Source of the DNA: Planctomycetota bacterium
GTDB lineage: Bacteria > Planctomycetota > UBA1135 > UBA2386
Reading direction: 5' to 3'
Assembly (NCBI GenBank): GCA_965223545.1
Contig: OZ245006.1
Span: 5,184,001-5,248,000, forward strand
Length of the DNA: 64,000 bases
The position numbers were made by a program, and so were the translations under genes. Every line of letters begins with the position of its first letter. Within the stretch, counting starts at the first letter, position 1. A model generated the notes under the pieces. It was not told the DNA's origin. It saw only the letters and a program-made list of their open reading frames with translations, and did not search any database. Below, in pieces: positions 18,434 to 28,587 of this stretch.

Positions 18434-19663
18434 ATGCGTGCAGGCCGTCAACCCACGAGAACCCTGGCCGCGGCCCTGGCGGCGGTGCTGGTGGCGGCCG
18501 GCGATGCCGTCGGGCAGCCGCCCAACGAGACCGCGCGACCGGGGATGGCCGTCGGCGAGGCCGAGGAAGGCGCCGAGGACGAGCAGCCCTCGGCAGCGAT
18601 GCGCGCGCTGACCGGCCGCGAGCACGCCTCGGTGATCCCGGCCTACACTCCCCGGCGTTTCGCCCCCGGCCAGAGCGGCGAGCTGGCGCTGGTGATCGCG
18701 CTGCGCGGAGACGCGGTGCTGCCCGTCGCCACCCGTTTCGAGGTGCTCTACGAGTCCGCCCAGGGCCCGGTCCAGCTCGGCACCTGGCAGCGCCGGCCGC
18801 CGCGGGCGCGCGCGCGGCCGCCCGGCACGGTGGCCCCCCCGCGCTACGACGACGTGATCCGCGTCGACATTCCGGTGCAGCTCGATGGCGATGCGGAGCC
18901 GGGCGTCCTGCACGTTCGCGTGCGGATCGGCACCGCGCTGCACCACGCCGATACGGGGGCTCCATTGGCGGACTTCGTCCAGGATGTCGTGTGTCCCCTC
19001 GAGGTCGGCGCGCCGTTGCCGATGCCGTTGCCCGTGCGGGGGCCAGGAGAGGAGGCTCCACCTGCGCCCGCGCCCGAGGCCCCGCCCGAAACGGTCCCCG
19101 CCGGGGACGCGGGTCCCGCCGCCGTGGTGAGCGCCGCCAACGGGTTCGCGTTGGTCGTTGCCGATCATGCGCGCTTGCCCGTCGGTGGCAGCGTCGAGAT
19201 TCCAGTTCGGCTGCAGATCCCGACCGGCATGCACGCGCTGCACGACGCCGAGCTCGAGACCCCGGCGCTGCGCGTCGAGCACGCCGGTGATCTGGAGTGG
19301 CGCGTGGTGGCGCCGGAGCCGCCGCCGGCGGGGGTGGTGCACGACGAGTGGGCGGCGTCGGTCGTGCTGCGCTGTGCGCTGGACGCCGAGCTCGGTGAGC
19401 GCGAGACCCGACTTGTGGTGCGCTATGCGCCGTGCGAGGGCGCGGCGTGTTTCCCGCCGGCTGAGCTCGGCACGCCGTTGGTGTTGCACGTCGTGAGTGA
19501 ATCCGGCGTCGCTGCGGACGAAGGGCTCTCCCGCGAGGGCGCGTCGGTTGCGCCGTCGACCGACGCTGCTCCCGTGCCCCCTATTGTCTGGTGGCTGTTG
19601 CTCGTTGTCGTCGGCTTTGGGGGGCTCGCGTGGTGGCGTGCGCGTGGCGTGCGGTCGGCGTAG
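18434..19663 (+). CDS. Exported protein with DsbD-N-like Ig domain(s) and C-terminal transmembrane anchor
   Basis: Signal peptide; VRLQIPTGMH...VRYAPCEGAACFPP (DsbD-alpha CxxxxC); Pro-rich linker; C-terminal transmembrane helix plus RARGVR. Confidence 0.65.
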   Translation: MRAGRQPTRTLAAALAAVLVAAGDAVGQPPNETARPGMAVGEAEEGAEDEQPSAAMRALTGREHASVIPAYTPRRFAPGQSGELALVIALRGDAVLPVATRFEVLYESAQGPVQLGTWQRRPPRARARPPGTVAPPRYDDVIRVDIPVQLDGDAEPGVLHVRVRIGTALHHADTGAPLADFVQDVVCPLEVGAPLPMPLPVRGPGEEAPPAPAPEAPPETVPAGDAGPAAVVSAANGFALVVADHARLPVGGSVEIPVRLQIPTGMHALHDAELETPALRVEHAGDLEWRVVAPEPPPAGVVHDEWAASVVLRCALDAELGERETRLVVRYAPCEGAACFPPAELGTPLVLHVVSESGVAADEGLSREGASVAPSTDAAPVPPIVWWLLLVVVGFGGLAWWRARGVRSA

Positions 19664-19751
19664 TCGAAGCGGTGCTGGTTGCAGCGGCGGACCCCGTGGT
19701 TACTTTGTGGACGCGTCGGCGGCCAGGCAATCTGAATCGAAGGGAGATGGA

Positions 19752-21137
19752 ATGCGGTACACACGTGCTGTGGTAGCCATGACCGTCGGTTGTTCGGTTT
19801 GGCCTACGTATGCCCAATCCGTTTCATGGAGCCAAGTTCCGTCCGGGCCCGTGCCGACGGGATACAACGGGCAGCTCGCCTACCATAAGCCGACGGACCA
19901 GCTCTTGTTATATGGCGCGGGGATACTTTACGATGAAATGTGGACCTTTCAGGGCTCTACATGGACTCGACGCACACCGCGAGTATCGCCTGGCGATAGA
20001 GGGGACTACGGCATCTGCTACCGGCCGGATGCGCGGGACATTTTTCTGTTCGGGGGCGATCGATGGACGGGTTCTGCATCGCTCAGCCTCGGTGATACGT
20101 GGTCGTGGAACGGGTCCCGCTGGCAGCCGTTGGGTTTTGGCGGGCCTGCGCGGTCCGGGATGGCGATGGCGTATGACACGGACCGGAAGCGAATTGTGAT
20201 GTTTGGCGGAGTTCGTTCCACGCTCGCAGGCGCCATCATGCTTGCAGATACGTGGGAATGGGATGGGCTGCAGTGGATCAGCGTGACGACGCCCGTGGCT
20301 CCTAGTCCAAGGGTCGGCTCTGGAATGACGTATGATCCAGTGCGTAGGCGCGTCGTGTTGTTTGGGGGTGTTTTCCCTGGACAATACCCGCTTGGTGACA
20401 CTTGGGAGTACGACGGATCGACCTGGACTCAGTTGTCTCCGGCCTTGGCACCCGGCGCGCGTGAGCCATCGCTCACTTGGGATAGTGCGCGAGAGGTTGC
20501 TGTGCTCTTCGGGGGAGTTGATTTTACGGTGCCTTGGGTGCAATTCTGGACCGACACCTGGGAATGGGACGGGAGCAATTGGTCCCAGAGGTTGGTGACA
20601 AGTCCCGGAGGGGTGTACAATGCGGGCACCTTTCGACCTGTATTCGACACCAAGAGGCGTCGAGTGGTGTCAATTCTCAACGACCCTCTAACGAATGCGC
20701 GCCAACTCTGGTCATATGGCCCGACGTCTCCGGCAACTGTCGCTACCTACGGCGCGGGATGCGCAGGGTTCTCCGGCCCAGCGTCGCTGAGTCCGGACTC
20801 GCTGCCGTGGATCGGCTCTCGAATGGCTTTGACATTGAGTGGCGCCGGCGCGGGCGTGCCGGTGCTCCTCTCAGCTGGCACGTCCAACTCGAATTGGCTC
20901 GGCACGCCGCTCCCGCTCTCGCTGTTGCCGACCGCCTGTCAGGTGCTTGCGTCGCCGGAGATCGTGTTCAGCGGGCTGTCCGACCCGCAGGGCACCGCAC
21001 GATGGAACTTGCCGTTGGCGAACATCCCGAGTTTGGTTGGACGATCGGTGTTCATTCAGGGCTATGCGCTCGACCAAACCGTGTCCACGGGGTTCGTGAC
21101 CTCGAACGGCGTCGATGCGGTCGTAGGGGCCAAGTAG
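19752..21137 (+). CDS. Secreted Kelch-repeat beta-propeller protein with C-terminal domain
   Basis: Repeated YD..R..vvlFGG.....DTWEWDG..W units; signal peptide; AT-richer codon usage. Confidence 0.85.
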   Translation: MRYTRAVVAMTVGCSVWPTYAQSVSWSQVPSGPVPTGYNGQLAYHKPTDQLLLYGAGILYDEMWTFQGSTWTRRTPRVSPGDRGDYGICYRPDARDIFLFGGDRWTGSASLSLGDTWSWNGSRWQPLGFGGPARSGMAMAYDTDRKRIVMFGGVRSTLAGAIMLADTWEWDGLQWISVTTPVAPSPRVGSGMTYDPVRRRVVLFGGVFPGQYPLGDTWEYDGSTWTQLSPALAPGAREPSLTWDSAREVAVLFGGVDFTVPWVQFWTDTWEWDGSNWSQRLVTSPGGVYNAGTFRPVFDTKRRRVVSILNDPLTNARQLWSYGPTSPATVATYGAGCAGFSGPASLSPDSLPWIGSRMALTLSGAGAGVPVLLSAGTSNSNWLGTPLPLSLLPTACQVLASPEIVFSGLSDPQGTARWNLPLANIPSLVGRSVFIQGYALDQTVSTGFVTSNGVDAVVGAK

Positions 21138-21219
21138 CGGTTCGTCGGTGCGCGTCGCGAGTTTGCGCGACTGGGGCTGATTCGGCGCTCCCCCCGAGAG
21201 AGTGGTGCGCGAGGCACCC

Positions 21220-21669
21220 TCAGCGCGAGCGGTTCCACATGTCCACTTGCACCTGCCACTCCCCGTCCGCGTCGCGCGTCCAAACGATGACGAACGGCCC
21301 GGTGACCGAGCTGCTCGCACCGTCGCGATCCACCGTGTACTCGAACGTGCCGACCGAGTAGGCCAGCTCCGCGGTCCCGCCCGCCTGGACCGTCTCGATG
21401 CGCGTGTCACGCACGGTCGCGCCGGCCGGGGCGGCAAGCGCGCGGAGGGCCGCCTCGCCCTGCAGGATCTTGCCGTTGGGGGGCACGAGCACGGTGTCGG
21501 TGGCGTGCATGGCGGCCGCGGCGGCGAGGTCGCCGCGTTCGCCGTGGGCGATCAGCTCCTGATTGCGGCGCTCGAGCTGGGTGCGGATCGCTTTGGCGGG
21601 GAGGAGACCGGTGCGGCAGGCGCCCAGGGCGCAGAGGAGCGCGATAGGGATCATCGAGAGACACTGCAT
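21220..21669 (-). CDS. DUF4440/SnoaL-like (NTF2-fold) lipoprotein
   Basis: Lipobox LGAC; RGDLAAAAAMHATD..LVPPNG..LQG; VIVW.R.ADGEWQV..DMWN. Confidence 0.8.
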   Translation of the reverse strand: MQCLSMIPIALLCALGACRTGLLPAKAIRTQLERRNQELIAHGERGDLAAAAAMHATDTVLVPPNGKILQGEAALRALAAPAGATVRDTRIETVQAGGTAELAYSVGTFEYTVDRDGASSSVTGPFVIVWTRDADGEWQVQVDMWNRSR

Positions 21670-21821
21670 CGTTCCGCTGGCCTACCGGGTGCCGTGCAGT
21701 CGCTCAAGAGTCGCGGCGGGATGCCGTGGTTTTGCGGCGTGTCGCGAGCCACGGAACACGCCCTGTCCGTATGGTGGTCGGATCGGGTTGGCCACCGCGC
21801 CGACCCGGAAGAGGCCCCAAG

Positions 21822-24797
21822 ATGTCGACCGAAGAGCATCGCGCCAAAGAGCTGTTCGAGCGGACGCTCGAGCTGCCGTCCGACCAACGCGGCGCGATGC
21901 TCGATGCCGAGTGCGGCGCGGACGTGGGCTTGCGCGCGCGGGTGGACAGTCTGCTCTCGGCGTTGGGCCAGGCCGACGGATTCCTCGCCGATGCGGGGGC
22001 GGCCGTGGTCGAGCAGTCCGGCCAGGTGATCGGGCGCTACAAGCTGCTGCAGCAGATCGGCGAGGGTGGCTTTGGCAGCGTGTGGATGGCCGAGCAGATG
22101 GTGCCGGTGCGGCGCCGGCTGGCGCTCAAGATCATCAAGCTGGGCATGGACACTCGGCAGGTCGTGGCGCGGTTCGAGGCGGAACGCCAGGCGTTGGCGA
22201 TGATGGACCACCCGGGCATCGCCAAGGTGCTGGACGCGGGGTCCACGGAGACCGGCCGGCCGTACTTCGTGATGGAGCTGGTGCGCGGCGTGCCCATCAC
22301 GCAGTACTGCGATGAGGCCGGGCTGTCGGTGGAGGAGCGGTTGGCGCTCGTCGAGCAGGTGTGCGAGGCGGTGCAGCACGCACATCAGAAGGGCGTGATC
22401 CACCGCGACCTCAAGCCCAGCAACGTGCTGGTTTCGGTGCGCGACGGGGTGGCGGCGCCGAAGGTCATCGACTTCGGCATCGCGAAGGCGACCAATCAGG
22501 AGCTGACGCAGAAGACGCTGTTCACCGAGCTGCGCCAGATGGTGGGGACGCCGGAGTACATGGCGCCCGAGCAGGCGGAGCTCTCGGGCTTGGACGTCGA
22601 CACCCGCGCCGACGTGTACAGCCTCGGCGTCATGCTCTACGAGCTGCTGACCGGCACGCTGCCGTTCGAGATGGAGGACGCGCGCCGGCGCGGCTACGAC
22701 GAGATGGTGCGTCGGATTCGCGAGTCCGACCCGCCCAAGCCGTCGACCCGTATCAGTGGTCTCGACCAGCGGCTCGCGGCGATTGCCAAGCAACGCAAGA
22801 CCGAGCCGCGGCGGTTGGGGCGGATGCTGCGCGGCGAATTGGACTGGGTGGTGATGCGCGCTTTGGAGAAGGAGCGGGGCCGCCGGTATCCGACGGCGAG
22901 CGCGCTGGCGGAAGATCTGCGGCGCTACCTCGCCGATCTGCCGGTGGAGGCGAGCCCGCCTTCGGCCCTCTACCGGCTGCGCAAGTTTGGCCGGCGCAAC
23001 CGGACCGCGGTGGCGGCGGCGGCGGCGGTGGTCGTCGCCCTGGTGGCTGGCGGGGCCGCGGCGCTGGTCGGCATGCAGCGCGCGCAGGAGGCCGAGGGTC
23101 GGGCCCAGCATCAGGCGGCGCGTGCCACGGCGGTGCTGTCCTTGATGGAGGACCTGTTGGGCACCGCCAACCCGCACGAGCACAAGGGGCCCGACTACAC
23201 GGTGCGCGCTCTGCTGCAGGAGTTCGACCAAGAGCTGACGCGGTCGCCGCCCGAGGTGCCGGCGGTGGAGGCGGCGCTGCGGTTCACCATGGGGCGCGCG
23301 TTCCGCCGCCTCGGGCTGTTCGACGCTGCCGAAGCCAATCTCGCGCGCGCGCTGGAGCTGCGCGGTGTACCGATTCCCGGAGTCGCGACCGGCGAGGCGG
23401 CGGCCCCGGCCGAGGTCGCCGACGTTCTGTGGGAATGGACGTGGCTGCTGCACGACCGCGGCGACTACCGCGAGGCGATGGACGCCTTGAGCGACGCGCG
23501 TGCGGCGGCCGAGCGGCGGGGCGACCCCGTGGCCGAGATGGCGCGGTTCGTCTACACCGAGGCTGACCTGCTGCGCCATTTCGGCGAGCTGCCGGAGGCC
23601 GAGGCCGCGGCGCGGCGCGCGGTCGCGATGCTGGCGGACGCCGGCGCGCGCGGGGAGCACGTGGCCCACGCCCACGACATGCTGGGGCTGGCGCTGTCCT
23701 CCGCCGGGCGCAACGCCGAGGCGGCGGAGGCCTACTGGGTCGCGATCGAGGTGCTGCGGGAGATGCACGACGGCGACCACCTCTCGATCGCCGCGCTGCA
23801 GCACAACTACGGCCTCGCCCGGTTCAAGGCCGGCGAGCGGCGCGAGGGGGAGCGCGACCTGCGCCAGGCGCTGGCCGTGCGCGAGCGCTTGTTGGGAGAG
23901 GAGCACCACCTGGCGCACACCAGCCGCCGCGCGCTGTCGACCGTGCTCTACAACGCCAATCAGCTGGCCGAAGCCGAGGACCTGGCGCGCCGCGCTCTGG
24001 CCTACGAGCGGGCGCGGTTGCCGCAGCCCCGCGCGGAGACCACCGAGATGGTGTTCAACTTGGCGCAGATTCGGCGCTACCGCGGCGACCTTGACGAGGC
24101 GGCGGAGCTGCACCGCCAGGCACTCGCCGACTACACCGCGTTGGGCGCCGCGCCGGCCGTTCTGCAGCGCAGCAACGGTCTGCTGGCGGAGGTCTGCATG
24201 GGGCTGGGACAGCACGCGGAGGCCGAGCGCCTGGCGCGCGCGGTGTGGCGCTGGGCCGAGCAAGAGTATGACGAAGGCCATCCGAGCCGGCTGGCCGCGC
24301 AGCGCCGGATGGGCGTGGTCCTGCGCGGGGCCGGACGGCTCGAGGCGGCGGTGCCCTGGCTGCAGGCGGTGGTCGATGCGCAGCGCGCTGCGGGCGCGGA
24401 ACCCAGCGCGAGGCTCGCCTCCGACCTCGCGCTGTGGGGTGCGACGCTGGCGGATCTCGAACGCTGGGCGGCCGCCGCGCCGGTGTTGGCCGAGTGCGCC
24501 GAGATGCGGCGCGCGCTGATGGGGGATCACTGGCTGCGTTGGAACGCCGAGAGCTTGTGGGGTTTGGCTCTGTTCCATCTCGACCGCCACGACGAGGCGG
24601 AGCCGCGGTTGCGCGCCGCCGCCGAGAACCTACGGCCGCCGGCGCGGGCGCTGTTCCGCCGGCGCGAGGCGGTGGAGCGGGTGTTGCTGCTGTGCCGCGC
24701 GCGAGCGGCCGACGGGGTCGATGGGGCCCAGGCCGACGCCGAGCACTGGGAGGGCGTCCTGGCGACGCTCGCCGAGGACGGGGGCCCGCCCAAGTAG
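21822..24797 (+). CDS. Ser/Thr protein kinase with transmembrane segment and TPR repeats
   Basis: IGEGGFGSV, ALKIIK, HRDLKPSN, DFGIAK, GTPEYMAPE, DVYSLG; C-terminal TPR-like repeats. Confidence 0.95.
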   Translation: MSTEEHRAKELFERTLELPSDQRGAMLDAECGADVGLRARVDSLLSALGQADGFLADAGAAVVEQSGQVIGRYKLLQQIGEGGFGSVWMAEQMVPVRRRLALKIIKLGMDTRQVVARFEAERQALAMMDHPGIAKVLDAGSTETGRPYFVMELVRGVPITQYCDEAGLSVEERLALVEQVCEAVQHAHQKGVIHRDLKPSNVLVSVRDGVAAPKVIDFGIAKATNQELTQKTLFTELRQMVGTPEYMAPEQAELSGLDVDTRADVYSLGVMLYELLTGTLPFEMEDARRRGYDEMVRRIRESDPPKPSTRISGLDQRLAAIAKQRKTEPRRLGRMLRGELDWVVMRALEKERGRRYPTASALAEDLRRYLADLPVEASPPSALYRLRKFGRRNRTAVAAAAAVVVALVAGGAAALVGMQRAQEAEGRAQHQAARATAVLSLMEDLLGTANPHEHKGPDYTVRALLQEFDQELTRSPPEVPAVEAALRFTMGRAFRRLGLFDAAEANLARALELRGVPIPGVATGEAAAPAEVADVLWEWTWLLHDRGDYREAMDALSDARAAAERRGDPVAEMARFVYTEADLLRHFGELPEAEAAARRAVAMLADAGARGEHVAHAHDMLGLALSSAGRNAEAAEAYWVAIEVLREMHDGDHLSIAALQHNYGLARFKAGERREGERDLRQALAVRERLLGEEHHLAHTSRRALSTVLYNANQLAEAEDLARRALAYERARLPQPRAETTEMVFNLAQIRRYRGDLDEAAELHRQALADYTALGAAPAVLQRSNGLLAEVCMGLGQHAEAERLARAVWRWAEQEYDEGHPSRLAAQRRMGVVLRGAGRLEAAVPWLQAVVDAQRAAGAEPSARLASDLALWGATLADLERWAAAAPVLAECAEMRRALMGDHWLRWNAESLWGLALFHLDRHDEAEPRLRAAAENLRPPARALFRRREAVERVLLLCRARAADGVDGAQADAEHWEGVLATLAEDGGPPK

Positions 24798-25071
24798 CGG
24801 AGCGCTGTTTTCTGCCGTTCCTGAATTTCGACAGCCGCCGTCGGTAATCACTCCGGATCTGCCATTTTGGCGTGGGAGGCCGCGACCGCCGGACGGCGGG
24901 GCGCGGCCAAAAGCGCGGCCTTTGGCTCCGCGGTGCGGATCCTCGTAAATGGCGTTCCCTAGGGGTCTTGGGACTTGCTCGTTTTTCCGGGATCCGGGAG
25001 CGCGGTGCGCTCTACCAGCGTTGGACCACTAGTTGTAGGTCAGTCCACACACCGTTGACCAAGGAGAACTC

Positions 25072-26262
25072 ATGATTCGCTTCGAACACCGCCAGCCGGA
25101 TCGGGAGCCGGTGCGTCTGCGCGCCGGTGACGCGGTCACGCTCGCGCAGCTCGACCAGCTGCTCGACGTGCCGACTAGTGATTTCGAGCGTACCGTGACG
25201 CGCTTGGTCAAGACGTTCCGCGCCAAGAAGCTCTCGCTGGCGTTGCCGGCGGGCGAGCAGCGGGTGCCGCTGCGGGCGGTCGGGTCGCGCGGTGGCTGGT
25301 CGCGGCTGTACTCGGCGCAGGTGCAGGCGCTGCCGAAGATGGAGCGGGCCGAGGAGTTCGCGATGGCGCGGCGCTACGACTTCGTGCGCGCCCGCGCGGT
25401 CGCGGCGCTGCGGGAGACCGGCGCCGACGACGACGCGGCGCGCCAGGTGCTGGCCCGCGGTCGTGGCGAGCTGCCCCCCGGGGCGAGCCGCCTGCGGCCG
25501 GCGGCCGCCGCCAATCTCACCGCCGCGCTGGACGACTACGAGCAGCTCCGCAACCTCTACGTCGAGGGCGCGTTGTACATGGTGCTCGGCTGCGTGCAGC
25601 GCTACCGCAACATGGGCGTCGACACGGTCGACCTGATCCAGGAGGGCAACGCCTCGCTGTTCCAGGCCATCGAGGGATTCGACTGGCGGCGCGAGGTCCG
25701 CTTCAAGACCTACGCCCAGTACTGGATCCATCAGGCCTTGCTCAAGGTGCTCTACAACTCGTCGCGCACCGTGCGGCTGCCGGTCTGGGTGCAGAAGGCA
25801 CTGACCAAGATCCGCCGCGTGGCGGAGTCGGGGCGGCAGGCATCCGGCGAGGATCCTTCGGCCGAGTCGATCGGCGCCGAGCTGGGCATGACCGGCGACC
25901 GCGTGCGCGAGCTGCTCGGTGTCAAGCGCTACACGATGAGCCTGGACGCCGAGATGGCCGGGGACGACGGCGCGACGCTGGCACAGCTGTTGGCCGACAA
26001 CGACGCCGTGCCGGTCGAGGACTCGCTCGACGACGGCGACCTGAGCGCGTGCTTGAACCGCGTGATGGCGGATCTGCCCTCGCGTGAGCTGACCATCCTG
26101 CGCCGGCGTTTCGGTCTGGACGGCAAGGAGCCCGAGACGCTGGGTGAGATCGCCGCCGACATGGGGATCACCGCCGAGCGGGTCCGGCAGCTGCAAAAGG
26201 CCGCGTTGGGCCGCTTGCAGCGGCCATCCAAGGTGCGGCAGCTGCGCGCGTACGCCGGCTGA
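25072..26262 (+). CDS. RNA polymerase sigma70 factor, RpoD/SigA-like (regions 2-4)
   Basis: DLIQEGN..L.QAIE.FD, FKTYAQYWIHQA, SRTVRLPV, SLD, RRFGLDG..TLGEI...GITAERVRQ; RBS AAGGAG. Confidence 0.92.
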   Translation: MIRFEHRQPDREPVRLRAGDAVTLAQLDQLLDVPTSDFERTVTRLVKTFRAKKLSLALPAGEQRVPLRAVGSRGGWSRLYSAQVQALPKMERAEEFAMARRYDFVRARAVAALRETGADDDAARQVLARGRGELPPGASRLRPAAAANLTAALDDYEQLRNLYVEGALYMVLGCVQRYRNMGVDTVDLIQEGNASLFQAIEGFDWRREVRFKTYAQYWIHQALLKVLYNSSRTVRLPVWVQKALTKIRRVAESGRQASGEDPSAESIGAELGMTGDRVRELLGVKRYTMSLDAEMAGDDGATLAQLLADNDAVPVEDSLDDGDLSACLNRVMADLPSRELTILRRRFGLDGKEPETLGEIAADMGITAERVRQLQKAALGRLQRPSKVRQLRAYAG

Positions 26263-26284
26263 TGCAGAGGTATCGCGGCCGTCG

Positions 26285-27124
26285 CTATCGGCGCGGCCGC
26301 TCGTGGCTGAGACGCTCGTAGACGTCGGGCCGCCGGTCCTTGTGCACCGGCAGGATGCGCCGCATGGTGCGCACTTTGCGCAGCTCGACGCGTGCCACCA
26401 CCGGCTCGTCCTCGCCGGCGCCGCCGGCCAGGGTCTCGCCCATCGGGTCGATGATGCGGCTGTCGCCGGGGAAGGTCAGGCTGTCGTCGTTCTTCAGTGA
26501 CGGCTCCTGACCGGTTCGGTTGCAGCCGATCACGAACATCTCGTTCTCGATCGCGCGCGCTTTCAGCAGCGTGCGCCAGTGCGTGGCGCGCGCCTCGGGC
26601 CACTGCGACGGCACCGCCATGATCGCGACGTCGCGCTCGAAGTAGTAGCGCACCAGCTCGGGAAAGCGGATGTCGTAGCAGATCAGCACGCCGACGCGGC
26701 CCAGCGAAGTGTCCGCGATCAGCGGGGTATCACCGGCGGACAAGTGGCGGTTCTCGGCGTTGGGCGAGAACAGGTGGATCTTGCGGTACGAGCCCAGGAC
26801 CTCACCGCGATCCACGACCAGCGCGCGGTTGTAGAAGTCGCCGGCCTCCGGCTCGATCCCGCCGCCGACGACGATCACGCCGAGGTCGCCGGACAGCTCC
26901 TGCACCGCACGCTCGGCCTGCAGGGAAGCCTCGACGATGCCTGGCGTGATCTCCTTGAGGAAGCTGGTGGTCCACATCTCCGGCAGTACGCACAGGCGTG
27001 CGCCGGCTTCCGCTGCCCGTTGCAGCAGCTGCGTCGCGCAGCGCAGGTTCTCCTCGACCTCGCCGCGCTGGACGTTGAACTGCACGCAGGCGCAATCGAA
27101 TGCCTGTTTGTCGGAAGATGCCAT
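26285..27124 (-). CDS. Carbon-nitrogen hydrolase (nitrilase/omega-amidase family)
   Basis: Catalytic triad motifs LPEMW, YRKIHLF, ICYDIRFPE; ARAIEN. Confidence 0.93.
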   Translation of the reverse strand: MASSDKQAFDCACVQFNVQRGEVEENLRCATQLLQRAAEAGARLCVLPEMWTTSFLKEITPGIVEASLQAERAVQELSGDLGVIVVGGGIEPEAGDFYNRALVVDRGEVLGSYRKIHLFSPNAENRHLSAGDTPLIADTSLGRVGVLICYDIRFPELVRYYFERDVAIMAVPSQWPEARATHWRTLLKARAIENEMFVIGCNRTGQEPSLKNDDSLTFPGDSRIIDPMGETLAGGAGEDEPVVARVELRKVRTMRRILPVHKDRRPDVYERLSHERPRR

Positions 27125-27262
27125 CGGGACGGTGTGGTCAGCCGGAGGGCTTGCGGCTGGCTGGTCCTAAGGGCCTCGGACCATACCGGTGATGACCGGA
27201 CAGCGTAACGCCCGGCGCCGAGAATCGACCTCGCCGCCGGCGTCTCGCTGCAAGCCGCTGCG

Positions 27263-27724
27263 TCAGCGGTCGCGGTTCTCGCCGTCGACCAGCAGCTCGC
27301 TGTTGTCGCCGCGGTTGCGGGACGGGCGCGGGGCGCTGCCGGTGCGCGTGTCGGCGATCAGTTGGTCGCTGGGCTTGAACATGATGGTCTCTTTGTCAGC
27401 GACCGCGATGCTCTCGCCCGTCAGCGGGTGCTTGTACGCGCGGCCCTTGCGGATCCGTCGCTCGAACGTCCCGAACCCCTTCACTGCCACCTTGCCGCGG
27501 CCGCGGAGAAGATCGCGAACGGAGTCGAGCACGGCGTCGAGGACGCGCGCTGCTGTGCGACGGGGAACGTTCAGCTCCCTGGCGATGCGATCCGCGAGGA
27601 TCCCTTTGTTGGCTTGCCTGCCCAACGTCCCTTCTCCTCCGGTCTCGGTCGTGACCACCGTGTTCGTTCCGCGCTCTTGGCTCTTCACGTTCACGTCCTT
27701 CTGTTCATTCTTCAAGCCGGTCAT
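27263..27724 (-). CDS. HU/IHF family DNA-binding protein
   Basis: NKGILADRIA...VAVKGFGTFERRIRKGR..KHPLTGESI......FKPS. Confidence 0.9.
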   Translation of the reverse strand: MTGLKNEQKDVNVKSQERGTNTVVTTETGGEGTLGRQANKGILADRIARELNVPRRTAARVLDAVLDSVRDLLRGRGKVAVKGFGTFERRIRKGRAYKHPLTGESIAVADKETIMFKPSDQLIADTRTGSAPRPSRNRGDNSELLVDGENRDR

Positions 27725-27786
27725 CTGCTCCCTCTTCCCTTCGACAAAGCGCGCTGCCGAACTCATGCCCCGTCGCCGAATTGCGC

Positions 27787-28587
27787 TCAGATGCGGGTGC
27801 CCGATGCTGTCGGCAGAAGCCGCTCCAGCGATGCGACCACACGCTTGACGTAGCGCGTCAGGACGCTGTCCGGGTATGCCTCACAGAACGGCTTCCGCGC
27901 CACCACCGCCGCCTCGACGATGGTGTCTTCGGGCACCAGGCCCAACAGGTTCAGGTCGAATCCCAAGAACCGATAGGCGCAGTCCTTGAGCTTCTTGTAG
28001 ACCTGCTCGGCCTCTTCGGGCGAACGCGCCCGGTTGACCAGCAGGTGTAGCTTCGAGCGATACTGCTCCTGGACGGCGGTCTTGATGATGCCGTAGGCAT
28101 CCGCGATCGCCGCGAAATCGGGGGTCGTCACCACGATCGTGTGGTCGGCGACGGCGACGAAGTCGGTCACCGAACGGGCGATGCCCGCCGAGGTGTCGAG
28201 CAGGATGACGTCGCAGAACGGGCGCAGCTCGAGGACCGCGTCGACGATGCGCTTGCGGCCGGCCTCGTCGAGGTTGGCCATCTCTTGGACACCGCTGCCG
28301 CCGGAGATCAGCTTCAGGCCGCCGGGCCCCGGCGCGATGATGTCCACCAGCTCCGCGTCGCCGCTGAGGTAGTCGGTGAGCGACTTGGCGGGTTTGACGC
28401 CGGCGACGATGTGGGTGTTCGCGAGCCCCAGATCCACGTCCACGATGATCGTGCGCAGGTTCCGCTTGGCGAACTCGACGCTCAAGTTGACGGAGAGCGA
28501 GGTCTTGCCCACGCCACCCTTGCCGGATGTAACGGCAAATACGGTGGCCCCGTCTGATGGTGTTCCTGGTCTGGGTGTGAGACTCAC
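27787..28587 (-). CDS. MinD/FlhG(FleN)-family ATPase
   Basis: VTSGKGGVGKT, DVDLGLAN, GPGGL..ISGGSG, LLDTSAGI, VTTPD..AIADAY.IIK (FlhG-type). Confidence 0.9.
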   Translation of the reverse strand: MSLTPRPGTPSDGATVFAVTSGKGGVGKTSLSVNLSVEFAKRNLRTIIVDVDLGLANTHIVAGVKPAKSLTDYLSGDAELVDIIAPGPGGLKLISGGSGVQEMANLDEAGRKRIVDAVLELRPFCDVILLDTSAGIARSVTDFVAVADHTIVVTTPDFAAIADAYGIIKTAVQEQYRSKLHLLVNRARSPEEAEQVYKKLKDCAYRFLGFDLNLLGLVPEDTIVEAAVVARKPFCEAYPDSVLTRYVKRVVASLERLLPTASGTRI

